DNA of 64,000 bases from an uncultured bacterium (GTDB lineage: Bacteria > Actinomycetota > Acidimicrobiia > Spongiisociales > ZC4RG35): the NCBI GenBank assembly GCA_963745865.1, contig CAVUYZ010000003.1, positions 131,407-195,406 on the forward strand, given 5' to 3'. Of the stretch, positions 10,902 through 20,204 are shown one piece after another. Numbering within the stretch: position 1 is the stretch's first letter; every line of letters starts with the position of its first letter. A program made the position numbers and the translations under genes. A model generated the notes under the pieces. That model was not told the origin of the DNA, searched no databases, and saw only the letters and a program-made list of their open reading frames with translations.

Positions 10902-11060
10902 ATCAGCGGGGGACGCTTCCAAGGCCGACGTCGACCACGAAGCAACCGCCCCACCGGAACTTCGCTCACAGATGAGATCGATCGCCATGAGCATCAGGTC
11001 GAGTCTCTCACGGAACCACGGATTCGTTTATGAGCCCCATCCTGCGGGTAGTCGTGTGCC

Positions 11061-11456
11061 ATGGCATTTGCAGACCAGCCGATCGGCCGTCGCATCTGGG
11101 TGATCCCAGAGGGGTACATCCCGGAGTCGAGCACCGGCCCTCAGCCGGAGATGACCAGCCACGAAACAGCCTGCATCCTCAATACCGGTGACACCGAGAC
11201 CGAGATCGAGATCACCGTCTACTTCTCCGACCGCGAGCCCGCGGGGCCCTATCGACGGACGGTTCCCCCGCGACGAACGCTGCATCTCCGCTTCAATGAC
11301 CTCGAGGATCCAGAGCCGGTCCCGAAAGGAACCGACTATGCGTCCGTCATTCGCTCGAGTTCCCCCATCGTCGTGCAACACACTCGACTCGACTCCCGCC
11401 AGGCGGCCAACGCGCTCCTCACGACGATCACGTTCCCCATCCCCGACGCGTCATGA
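11061..11456 (+). CDS. Sensory rhodopsin transducer (ASRT, PF07100-like) family protein
   Basis: Intact 131 aa: IGRRIWVIPEGYIPESSTGPQPEMTSHETACILNTGDTETEIEITVYFSDREPAGPYRRTVPPRRTLHLRFNDLEDPEPVPKGTDYASVIRSSSPIVVQHTRLDSRQA. This closely resembles my recollection of the Anabaena ASRT sequence. Confidence 0.8.
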   Translation: MAFADQPIGRRIWVIPEGYIPESSTGPQPEMTSHETACILNTGDTETEIEITVYFSDREPAGPYRRTVPPRRTLHLRFNDLEDPEPVPKGTDYASVIRSSSPIVVQHTRLDSRQAANALLTTITFPIPDAS

Positions 11457-11866
11457 AGGCGAGCGACAACACACTCCCAAGGATCTACTCCGGCATCCAG
11501 GTCTGGGAGGTGGAGGACGACCATCCCGGACAGGCGCTGGAGCGAGATCTCGCTGCGAGCATCGAGGGCGAGGTCCGCTTCGACAGGGCCAGCAGGGCCG
11601 CGTACTCCACGGATGCCTCCAACTACCGTCAGGTCCCCACGGGCGTCGTCATACCAAAGACCACCTCCGACGTGGTCGAGGCGGTCCACGTGTGCCGGCG
11701 TCACTTCGCGGCGATCACATCACGCGGTGGCGGGACGAGCCTCGCCGGCCAGGCCGTCAACGGCGTCAGCGACTATAAAAGTACCTCGACGACGTGCTTC
11801 GATCGACGCTCGATCCCGAACCGCGACGGTCGAGCCCGGCTACGTCTCGACGACTCCAGCGGCCGC

Positions 11867-12004
11867 GTAAAGTATGGGTTGATATTAGGATGGATTAGGT
11901 GATTAAAGATGGAATAAGATAGGAGGAATGATAGGGAATAATAGTGAGGTGTTTATTGTGATGTAGGATTGATAGGTATGGGATTGATGATGATAGGTAT
12001 AGAG
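11867..12004 (+). other. Cytosine-free tract on the plus strand (138 nt, only G/A/T)
   Basis: The last C before the tract is at 11866 and the next C is at 12005. My hand count over 11881-12000 gives G41 A41 T38 C0. Confidence 0.95.
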
Positions 12005-12121
12005 CTAGAGATAGTCGGTGGAGCAACTACTCGAAGATCTCTGCTGAATCGCTTGTCAAAAAGACGATCGTCAAACTAACGAATGAAAACATGCCGACGA
12101 GCGTCGTCGGGATCGAGCGCG

Positions 12122-12325
<204 letters not shown>

Positions 12326-12365
12326 GATGTGTCGCTCGACGAGTCAGCGCGAACTGGTTAGATTA

Positions 12366-12403
12366 TATTATAATATAATATAATATTATATTATATTATA
12401 ATA
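12366..12403. repeat. Perfect 38-bp AT-only palindrome: tatt(ATAAT)3(ATTAT)3aata
   Basis: Base-by-base pairing around the centre at 12384/12385 holds out to 12366/12403. It lies inside the AT-only run 12362-12403. Confidence 0.9.
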
Positions 12404-12450
12404 CGGCGATGAAGAGACTCCTCACGACTCTTAGAATAGTAGAAGTTATT

Positions 12451-12554
12451 ATATTATATTATATTATATTATATTATATTATATTATATTATATTATATT
12501 ATATAATATAATATAATATAATATAATATAATATAATATAATATAATATAATAT
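12451..12554. repeat. Perfect 104-bp AT-only palindrome: (ATATT)10 AT|AT (AATAT)10
   Basis: Pairing around the centre at 12502/12503 holds out to 12451/12554 and fails at 12450/12555. It lies inside the AT-only run 12446-12554. Confidence 0.9.
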
Positions 12555-12725
12555 GATAAGAGCCAAGGTTGTCTTCACGGCCGGAGCGACTTCGATCTCA
12601 GGTCGGCGGCCGGGGTAGACGCGTGGCAGCAACTCCTGGAGCAGGCGGCGACTAGTAGACGAGATGGGCGGTTCGCTCTTTGGTGAGTAAGGTGAAGGGT
12701 AGCAGAGAGTGGTTATTTCTCTAGC

Positions 12726-12826
12726 GGATGTAAGGTGAAGATTTAGTGGTGGTGTTATAGAGGTTTAAGGTTATATGGGATATAGAGGGGATGATAGATA
12801 AGGGTAAGGTGGTAGATATGTGTAGG
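12726..12826 (+). other. Second cytosine-free tract (101 nt), inside a C-poor zone spanning 12679-12848
   Basis: There are Cs at 12725 and 12827 and none between. Further C-free stretches are 12828-12848, 12893-12928 and 12930-12961. Confidence 0.9.
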
Positions 12827-14397
12827 CAGATGAGAATTTGAGTGAGGGCTTAGATTACACGACTGTCGAAGTAGAAGCCGCTTCGTCGTCCCAGAAGATA
12901 AGGGGAGTTTTAGAAAGGTGGTGGAGAGCTGAGTGGGGGTGGGTGTATGATGGGATGTATGCTATGGCAATATGTGTTTCAGCTTCATGGCGAAGAGGGA
13001 GGAGCAATACTAGACAAGGGGACGCGGAAGGGCTCCTCTTAGAGTTGCTAAGGGGTGACGTGATGCACGACGGCGGCGCTCTGAGGAGAAGCGGCAAGCA
13101 GTAGATTTGTGTTTGGAGTGTAAGGTGTGTGAGCACGGAGTGCGTGGTGAATATGGACATGGATACTTATAAGGTGGAGTTATTGTCTCATCACTTCTAG
13201 GGTAGAGTGCGCGCAAGAGAGGTATATGCGATCGGTCTGATCTGCTCGAGGGCCCGGGTCGCGTAGAAGGCACCGAGGCAGCTCTGCATCTCACCTCTAC
13301 GCCGGGCCTGAGGGATGCCCTGAAACTGCTCGCAGGTGTTGCGAGAGAGCGGACGACCGCCCGGTTCGCTCTCGAGACGCTCCGATCCTGGTTCGACGCT
13401 CGCTAGGGCAACGGAGGTGGCGAGAGCGGCGACGGCGACGGGGCCTCCAGTGAGACCAGGACACCCGAGCTCAATGCCCTCAGCGTCAAGCAGCCGACTC
13501 CACCGCCCTTGCACGTCGATACGGTGATCCTGTGGCCCGACACCTTCAACAACTTCCTCACACCCGGCCCGGCTCGTGCCGCGGTGGACGTTCTGGAGCG
13601 AGCCGGCTACGAGGTCGTCTTGCTGTCTCGACCACTGTGCTGCGGACGCGCGCTCTACGACTTCGGGATGCTCGACACTGCTCAGCGCTTGTGGAAGCAG
13701 ACGCTCGATGAACTGCGGCCACATCTCCGGCGAGGGACCCCGATCGTCGGTGTCGAGCCGAGCTGTATCGCCGCGTTCCGTGACGAGCTCCCGAACCTGT
13801 TCCCCAATGACGAGGATGCCCAGCGGCTGTCGCAGTCCACCTATCTCCTGAGCGAGTTTCTGCTCAGGCAGAGGGTTCGCGTCCCAACCCTGAACCGCAC
13901 GGCGATCGTCCAGGGCCACTGTCACCACGACGCCGTCATGCAGATGGACTCCGAACGCGCCGTGCTCGATGCGATGGGCCTCGACTTCGAGATACTCGAC
14001 TCTGGCTGCTGCGGCATGGCTGGCCCGTTCGGCTTCTCGGCCGACAAGTACGAGATCTCGATGCGGATCGGCGAGCGGGTGTTGCTCCCCAGAGTCCGGG
14101 CCGCCGCTACCGAGACCTTCATCGTTGCCAACGGGTACAGCTGCAGGGAACAGATCGCCCAGACGACCGACCGGAGGGCTCTCCACCTGGCCGAGATCAT
14201 CGTGATGGCCCAGGATCACGGGCCGGAAAGGCCCCCCGCCGGCCGCCCGGAAGACCATCGCCCCCACGGCCGGCAGCGGGAGAGAACACCGCAGTGGAGC
14301 TCGCTACTCAGACGGGCCGCATCCCGCGCCCTGCCCGCCATCGACACCATCACAACACGCACGTCGATCACGACCAACATCGCAGAAAGGAACGACA

Positions 14398-16189
14398 ATG
14401 GCCAACACAGTCGGTGACTTCTTGCTCGACCGGCTCGAACAGTGGGGTGTGAGAACGATTTTCGGATTTCCGGGAGACGGCATCAATGGGATCATGGGAG
14501 CTCTCGACCGTGCCGGCGAGCGGTTCCAGTTCGTTCAGTCCCGTCACGAGGAGATGGCAGCGTTCATGGCGTCCGCCTTCGCCAAGTTCGGCGACGAGGA
14601 CGTGCCCGGCGTCTGCCTGGCGACGTCGGGGCCCGGTGCGATACACCTGCTCAACGGCCTCTACGACGCCAAGCTCGATCACCAACCCGTCGTTGCGATC
14701 GTCGGACAACAGGCTCGCATGGCTCTCGGGGGCTCCTACCAGCAAGAGGTCGATCTCGTGTCGCTCTACAAGGACGTCGCCGACTACCTGACGATGGTGA
14801 CCGTTCCTGCACAGCTACGTCATGCCGTCGACCGGGCATTCCGAGTGGCGATGTCTCAACGGGGCGTGACCGCCATCATCATTCCCAACGATCTGCAGAC
14901 CGAAGACGCCGTGACGACGCCACCTCATGAACACGGAGCTCTGCTTTCATCGGTCGGATACCGGAAACCGAGAATCATCCCGCACCGGGACGACCTGGAG
15001 CAGGCCGCCCAGATCTTGAACGAGGGCGAGCGGGTGGCGATCCTCGTCGGAGCTGGCGCGCTGCACGCCGGCGATCAGGTTCTCGAAGTCGCAGACCTCC
15101 TGGGCGCAGGCGTCGCCAAAGCGCTTCTCGGAAAGGCTGTGGTCCCCGACGACATCCCCTACGTCACCGGAGCGATCGGACTTCTCGGGACGAGGCCGAG
15201 CTGGGAGATGATGCAGGAATGCGACACCCTGCTCATGGTCGGATCCGGCTTCCCCTACATCGAATTCCTGCCGAAGGAGGGGCAGGCGAGAGCCGTGCAG
15301 ATCGACATCGACCCCTCGATGATCGGCATCAGATATCCGATGGACGTCGGCTTGGTCGGGGACTCGAAGGCAACCCTGCAAGAGTTGATCCCGATGCTCG
15401 AGAAGAAGGACGACAGGTCCTTCCAGGACTCCCTGTCCGACAGCATGGCAAGATGGTGGGACGTCGTCGAGACCCGAGCGATGGCGCCGGGACGTCCGAT
15501 GGTTCCGCAGCGGCCGTTCTGGGAGCTCTCCAACCGACTGCCGGACAAGGCGATCATCTCTGCCGACTCGGGATCCTCGGCGAATTGGTTCGCTCGCGAC
15601 GTCAAGCTTCGCAGCGGAATGAAGGCGTCGTTGTCCGGAAATCTCGCCACGATGCTGCCAGGCGTCCCATACGCGGTGGCGGCGAAATTCGCTCATCCCG
15701 ATCGGGTCGCGGTTTCGTTCGTGGGTGACGGAGCGATGCAGATGCTGGGGATGAACGAACTGTTGACGGCTTGCAAGTACTACGAGCAGTGGGCCGACCC
15801 CAGGATGATCATCTGCGTCCTCCACAACAACGATCTCAACCAGGTCACATGGGAGATGAGGGCGATGGAGGGCAACCCCAAGTACGAAGCGTCTCAGCAG
15901 ATCCCAGATTTCCCCTACGCCGAGTTCGCCGAGATGATCGGCCTTCGCGGCATCAGAGTCGAAGATCCCGACGAGGTGGGATCTGCGTGGGATCAGCTGC
16001 TCGCAGCAGACAGACCGGGCGTCCTGGAGGTGGTGACGGATCCGAGCGTTCCGCCGATACCTCCGACCGTCACCTACGAACAGGCCAAGAACTATGCCGA
16101 GCGCGGTGCTGAAGGGCGATCCGGCCGCCTTCGACATCATCAGGGAGTCCATTCAGGAGGTGTGGGCCTCCATGTTCCCGACCCGATGA
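14398..16189 (+). CDS. Thiamine-diphosphate-dependent enzyme (pyruvate oxidase/PoxB-like), with one frame break near 16100
   Basis: GFPGDGINGIMGAL..CLATSGPGAIHLLNGLYDA..FVGDGAMQMLGMNEL..LHNNDLNQV. The true C-terminus AVLKGDPAAFDIIRESIQEVWASMFPTR* is in a shifted frame, with the stop at 16187-16189. Confidence 0.85.
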
Positions 16190-17280
16190 CGAAACCGGTG
16201 ATCAGCTCCGTGCAAACGGCCGCCTGGCGAATACCCACCGAGGCGCCCGAGTCCGACGGCACGCTCCGCTGGGACTCCACCACCATCATCGTCGTCGAGG
16301 TGACCGGCGAAGGGGCGACAGGCATCGGATGGACCTACGGCTCCGCTGCCGTCTACTCGATGCGTCGAGGACGTCCTCAGCGAAGTCGTCATCGGGTGCG
16401 ACGCCATGTCCCCCAGCTCCATCTGGAGGTCGATGCTTCACCGGCTTCGCAACGCCGGCACGCCGGAGTGGCGTCGATGGCCGTCTCGGCGGTCGACATC
16501 GCCGTGTGGGACCTCAAAGCCCGGTTGCTCGAGGTTCCGCTGGCAGATCTGCTGGGCCGGCTTCGAGACTCCGTGCCCGTGTACGGCAGCGGGGGCTTCA
16601 CCTCCTACGACATCCCGCGACTGCAAGAGCAGCTCAGCGGATGGGTCGGCGACGAGATGGCCTGGGTGAAGATGAAGGTCGGAAGAGATCCGAGCCAGGA
16701 TCTCTCCCGGGTGATCGCCGCGCGCGAGGCGATCGGCGACAGGGCCGGCCTGTTCGTCGACGCCAACGGTGCCTACGGACGCCGGCGGGCCCTCGAGATG
16801 GCGGATGAGTTCTACCAACAGGGAGTGAGATGGTACGAGGAGCCGGTGTCGTCCGACGACAGAGCAGGCCTCGCTTTCATCAGAGACCATCTGCCGGGGG
16901 GAATGGAGGTCACCGCCGGCGAATACGCGTTCAGGGTCGAAGACTTCATCGATCTACTCGACGCCGACGCCGTTGATGTCCTCCAAGCCGACGTGACCCG
17001 TTGCGGAGGGATTACAGCACTGAACATCGCAGCCGACCTCGCCCGCTTCAGACACATCCCGTTGTCGACTCACACGGCGCCGCAGGCCCACCTGCACGCT
17101 GCCGCTGCGATCGACGGGCTGCGACACATGGAGTGGTTCCACGATCACGTGCGGATCGAATCGAGGCTGTTCGAAGGAGCACGACAGCCCGTGAAGGGAG
17201 CGCTGTCGCCGGATCTCACCCGACCCGGCGCCGGCATGTCACTCAAACGAAGTGAGTTCGAGCAATTTCGGATCCATTGA
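16186..17280 (+). CDS. Enolase-superfamily enzyme (mandelate racemase/muconate lactonizing family), with two compensating frame breaks near 16355 and 16463
   Basis: SAVDIAVWDLKARLLEVPLADLLG..KMKVGRDP..FVDANGAY..WYEEPV..TAGEY. Between the breaks, the alternate frame reads CVEDVLSEVVIGCDAMSPSSIWRSMLHRLRNAGTP. Confidence 0.8.
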   Translation: MTKPVISSVQTAAWRIPTEAPESDGTLRWDSTTIIVVEVTGEGATGIGWTYGSAAVYSMRRGRPQRSRHRVRRHVPQLHLEVDASPASQRRHAGVASMAVSAVDIAVWDLKARLLEVPLADLLGRLRDSVPVYGSGGFTSYDIPRLQEQLSGWVGDEMAWVKMKVGRDPSQDLSRVIAAREAIGDRAGLFVDANGAYGRRRALEMADEFYQQGVRWYEEPVSSDDRAGLAFIRDHLPGGMEVTAGEYAFRVEDFIDLLDADAVDVLQADVTRCGGITALNIAADLARFRHIPLSTHTAPQAHLHAAAAIDGLRHMEWFHDHVRIESRLFEGARQPVKGALSPDLTRPGAGMSLKRSEFEQFRIH

Positions 17281-18284
17281 AAGGATATACCATGTTCAAG
17301 TCGTCTGTCGTCGTCATCACCGGGGCCACCAGCGGTGTCGGGCAAGCCACGGCGCGCCTCTTCGCCAGCCAGGGAGACAAGGTGGCACTGATCGCCAGAG
17401 GCGAGGAGGGGCTGAAGGAAACGGCGACCGAGATCGAGGAACTGGGCGGCACCGCTCTCACCATCTCGGCCGACGTCGCCGATCCGACTGCCGTCGCTGA
17501 TGCGGCGCAGAGTGTCGTGGACACGTGGGGTGGGATCGACATCTGGATCAACAATGCGATGACCACCATCTTCGCCCCGTTCACCGACATCCAACCCGAC
17601 GAGTTTCGACGGGCCACCGAAGTCACCTATCTCGGGGTCGTCTGGGGTACCAAGGCCGCACTCGGCCACATGGTCGAAGCGAACCGAGGCACGATCATCC
17701 AGGTGGGATCGGCTCTGGCGTATCGGGGGATTCCACTCCAGTCGGCCTATTGCGGGTCCAAACACGCGATCAAGGGGTTCACCGAGTCGGTGCGCACCGA
17801 AATGCTGCACTACGGCCACGATGTCCACATCGGCATGGTCCATCTTCCCGCAGTCAACACCCCGCAGTTCTCGCACTGTCGATCGAAGTTCGATCGGCAC
17901 CCCCAGCCCGTCCCGCCGATCTACCAGCCGGAGGTGGCCGCCGAGGCTATCGGCATCGCTGTTCGAGAGAAACGCCGCGAGATGTACGTCGCCTGGCCGA
18001 CCATCATGACGATCGTGGGGAACAAGGTGGCTTCGGGCCTGGTGGACCTGTACCTGGCCAAGAACGGTGTGAGCAGCCAACTCGCCGATCGCCCGGCCGC
18101 CGCGACCAATGCTGAGGGCAACCTCTTCCATCCGGTCGAGGGCGATCACGGGGCTCATGGAGTGTTCGACGACCGCTCCCGATCGAGCAGTCCGGAACTG
18201 TGGATGAACGAGAACCGCTCCACCATCGCGCTGGTGGCGGGAGGGCTGACCATTCTCGGCTGGCTGGCGCGGCGCAGCGCCTAG
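17277..18284 (+). CDS. Short-chain dehydrogenase/reductase (SDR)
   Basis: Motifs TGATSGVG, NNAM and YCGSK. The ORF is intact. The ATG at 17292 is an alternative start. Confidence 0.85.
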   Translation: MKGYTMFKSSVVVITGATSGVGQATARLFASQGDKVALIARGEEGLKETATEIEELGGTALTISADVADPTAVADAAQSVVDTWGGIDIWINNAMTTIFAPFTDIQPDEFRRATEVTYLGVVWGTKAALGHMVEANRGTIIQVGSALAYRGIPLQSAYCGSKHAIKGFTESVRTEMLHYGHDVHIGMVHLPAVNTPQFSHCRSKFDRHPQPVPPIYQPEVAAEAIGIAVREKRREMYVAWPTIMTIVGNKVASGLVDLYLAKNGVSSQLADRPAAATNAEGNLFHPVEGDHGAHGVFDDRSRSSSPELWMNENRSTIALVAGGLTILGWLARRSA

Positions 18285-20050
18285 CGGTCGTACTCGGAGA
18301 GTCGCAGCGCGCTCTGAATGAGGCCGAGGTGGGAGAGCCCCTGGGGGAAGTTTCCGAGAAGCTCTCCGGTGGACGGATCGACCTCTTCGGACAGGAGCCC
18401 GAGGTCGTTTGCGGCGCCTGTGGCCCGGTCGAAGAACTGGGCGCCGGTGTCGGGGTCGTCGTCGATGGTGAACGAGTCGGCGAGCCAGTACGAGCAGATC
18501 AGGAAGGCCCCTTCTTCTCCCCCCAGCTGGTCGTCGGCGAGATAGCGGTGAACGAAGCCGTTGTCCACGAGTTCGTCGCTGATCCGCTCCCGATTCGCAC
18601 GACACCTCGAGTCGTCGGGCGGGAGCAGTCCCAGCAACGGGACATTCAGGGTGGATGCATCCAGCTCGTTGCCGTCGAGCGTCATCGTGAATGCCTGACG
18701 CTCGTCCGACCAGCCGCGGTCCAGGATTGCTCGCTTCAACTCGGCCCGAGCCGACGTCCACCGCCGTCGGTCCTCGACGCCGTCTGACGCCCCTCCCTTG
18801 GGGAGCCCCAGCACACGGTCGAGAGCCACCCAGCACAGCAGCTTCGAGTACAGGAAGTGGTCGGGGCCCGAGCGCATCTCCCAGATGGAATGATCCGGCT
18901 CGTTCCACTGATCTGCCGCTCTGTTCGCGAGCTCGATCACCAGCTCCCACTCACCTGAGTCGACGTCGAGCTCGTCATGGCGATAGGCGCCTGCCCTGAT
19001 CACGTGGCCGAGAACGTCGAGCTGCGTTTGGCCCCGTGCCGCGTTTCCGACCCTGACCGGGCTGGACCGTCGGTGGCCCGAGAGCGCGCTGATCTCGGAC
19101 TCGGTGGGCAACAGATCACCCGAGATGGTGTAGGCCACCGAAATCTCGCGTTCGGCGTCGGTGATCTCACTCAGCCACTCCCAGAAGCCGACCGCTTCGT
19201 CGCGATGGTGGAGCTGCTCGAGGGCGAGCACCGCCTCAGCACTGTCGCGCAGCCACGAGTAGCGGTAGTCCCAATTGCGGCTGCCGCCGAGCTCTTCTGG
19301 AAGTGAGGTGGTCGGTGCTGCGACCAGCGCGCCGGTTTGGTGTGTGAGGAGCTTCAGCGCCAGAGCGCTCCGCTCGACTGCGCCGGTCGCGTAGCTCGGG
19401 AGCTGTATGTTCCCGACCCAACTGCGCCACCACCGGACGGTCGATTTGAGCCACGCGTCAGGCTCACTCGGGTCGACGGGATGCCCGGCGAGCACGAGGC
19501 GCACGACGTCGCCGCGCTCAAGGGTGCCTTCCCACGAGGCCCCTGACTCGTCCACCACGAGATCGACGTCTGCGGTGAGGATCAACTCGTGGGCCGAAGT
19601 CCGGATCCCGACCCGCCTGGGCCCGCCGTCCATCGAGGCGCTCCGGGTCGAGAATCCATCCGTGGGCGTCATCCTCATCGCCATCGGAATCCGCCCCGAT
19701 TCGACGGTCAGCCGGCGCACGACTGCCGGGCCGTGAGAGGCGGAGGCGGGCACCGGCATGAAGTCGGTGAGCGTTGCGGCGCCGTGTGCGCATCGGAATC
19801 GTGTCCGCAACACGTTGGTTCCGTCCAGGTAGCCCCGCTCGGTCTCGTACGGCACGGAGGGAGCGACATCCCAACGGCCCGCCTCGGGATCGAGCACATG
19901 AGCGAAGACGGGGGCTCGATCGAAGTCTGGCCAGCACAGCCAATCGATCCCACCGCGCCGATCGATCAATGCGGCAGTCCTCAGATTCCCGATCGCACCG
20001 TGGTCCCGAATGGGGGACTGAGGCACGGACGTAGCGAAAGAGCGGAACAT
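18281..20050 (-). CDS. Glycoside hydrolase family 15 (glucoamylase/trehalase-like)
   Basis: Intact 589 aa: IRDHGAIGNLRTAALIDRRGGIDWLCWPDFD..SLPEELGGSRNWDYRYSWLRDSA. Confidence 0.88.
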   Translation of the reverse strand: MFRSFATSVPQSPIRDHGAIGNLRTAALIDRRGGIDWLCWPDFDRAPVFAHVLDPEAGRWDVAPSVPYETERGYLDGTNVLRTRFRCAHGAATLTDFMPVPASASHGPAVVRRLTVESGRIPMAMRMTPTDGFSTRSASMDGGPRRVGIRTSAHELILTADVDLVVDESGASWEGTLERGDVVRLVLAGHPVDPSEPDAWLKSTVRWWRSWVGNIQLPSYATGAVERSALALKLLTHQTGALVAAPTTSLPEELGGSRNWDYRYSWLRDSAEAVLALEQLHHRDEAVGFWEWLSEITDAEREISVAYTISGDLLPTESEISALSGHRRSSPVRVGNAARGQTQLDVLGHVIRAGAYRHDELDVDSGEWELVIELANRAADQWNEPDHSIWEMRSGPDHFLYSKLLCWVALDRVLGLPKGGASDGVEDRRRWTSARAELKRAILDRGWSDERQAFTMTLDGNELDASTLNVPLLGLLPPDDSRCRANRERISDELVDNGFVHRYLADDQLGGEEGAFLICSYWLADSFTIDDDPDTGAQFFDRATGAANDLGLLSEEVDPSTGELLGNFPQGLSHLGLIQSALRLSEYDR

Positions 20051-20204
20051 CTGGCCAATGTACCCGACCTCCTGAGTCCCCTGGATGATTCGGCTTGGTG
20101 ATCAGGCAGCCGCGTCGGTCGTATGGCCAGCGGGAAGAGCACGGTGGCGATCGAACCCGAATCGAGCGCCAACTGAGCCCCCACTCGGGCGACCGACGAG
20201 GTCA

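Noticed and set aside
10287-10994. A 235-aa minus-strand ORF downstream of qcrB
   Set aside because: Its 3' end overlaps qcrB and I recognised no family. The plus strand shows higher GC3 and weak PAP2-like motifs over 10605-10901. The region stays ambiguous, so it is reported only at low confidence on the plus strand.
12362-12554. AT pentamer arrays (and the 8-mer array at 20235-20266) as a possible CRISPR array
   Set aside because: There are no spacers. The units of 5 and 8 nt are directly abutting and far shorter than CRISPR repeats. No cas genes are present.
12676-12985. Eukaryote-like intron signals: GGTGAGTAAGG near 12681, GTAAGGTG recurring four times, and TTTCAG at 12975-12982
   Set aside because: GT/AG-like strings are expected by chance in C-depleted G/A/T sequence. 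No branch point or polypyrimidine logic is present. The frame-0 gene remnant runs straight through the supposed intron.
12838-13294. ORFs inside or abutting the block: 12838..13104 (+), 12855..13160 (-) and 13010..13294 (-)
   Set aside because: They lie in composition-distorted sequence that is a degraded version of the oxidoreductase gene. They have no family resemblance and no coding signal of their own.
14398-17280. A 960-aa single ORF suggesting a TPP-enzyme / enolase-superfamily fusion protein
   Set aside because: The TPP enzyme's conserved C-terminus and its stop (16187-16189) are in a shifted frame. The enolase gene has its own ATG at 16186 in an ATGA overlap. The apparent fusion is read-through caused by a frame break near 16100.
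17145-18950. Long antisense ORFs: 17145..18950 (-), 43417..45645 (-), 4727..5632 (-), 41284..43083 (-), 9354..10184 (-) and similar
   Set aside because: They lie opposite genes with clear family motifs (SDR/GH15, P450, ctaD, FtsX, qcrB). Their Arg/Pro/Gly-rich composition is typical of non-coding frames in high-GC DNA.
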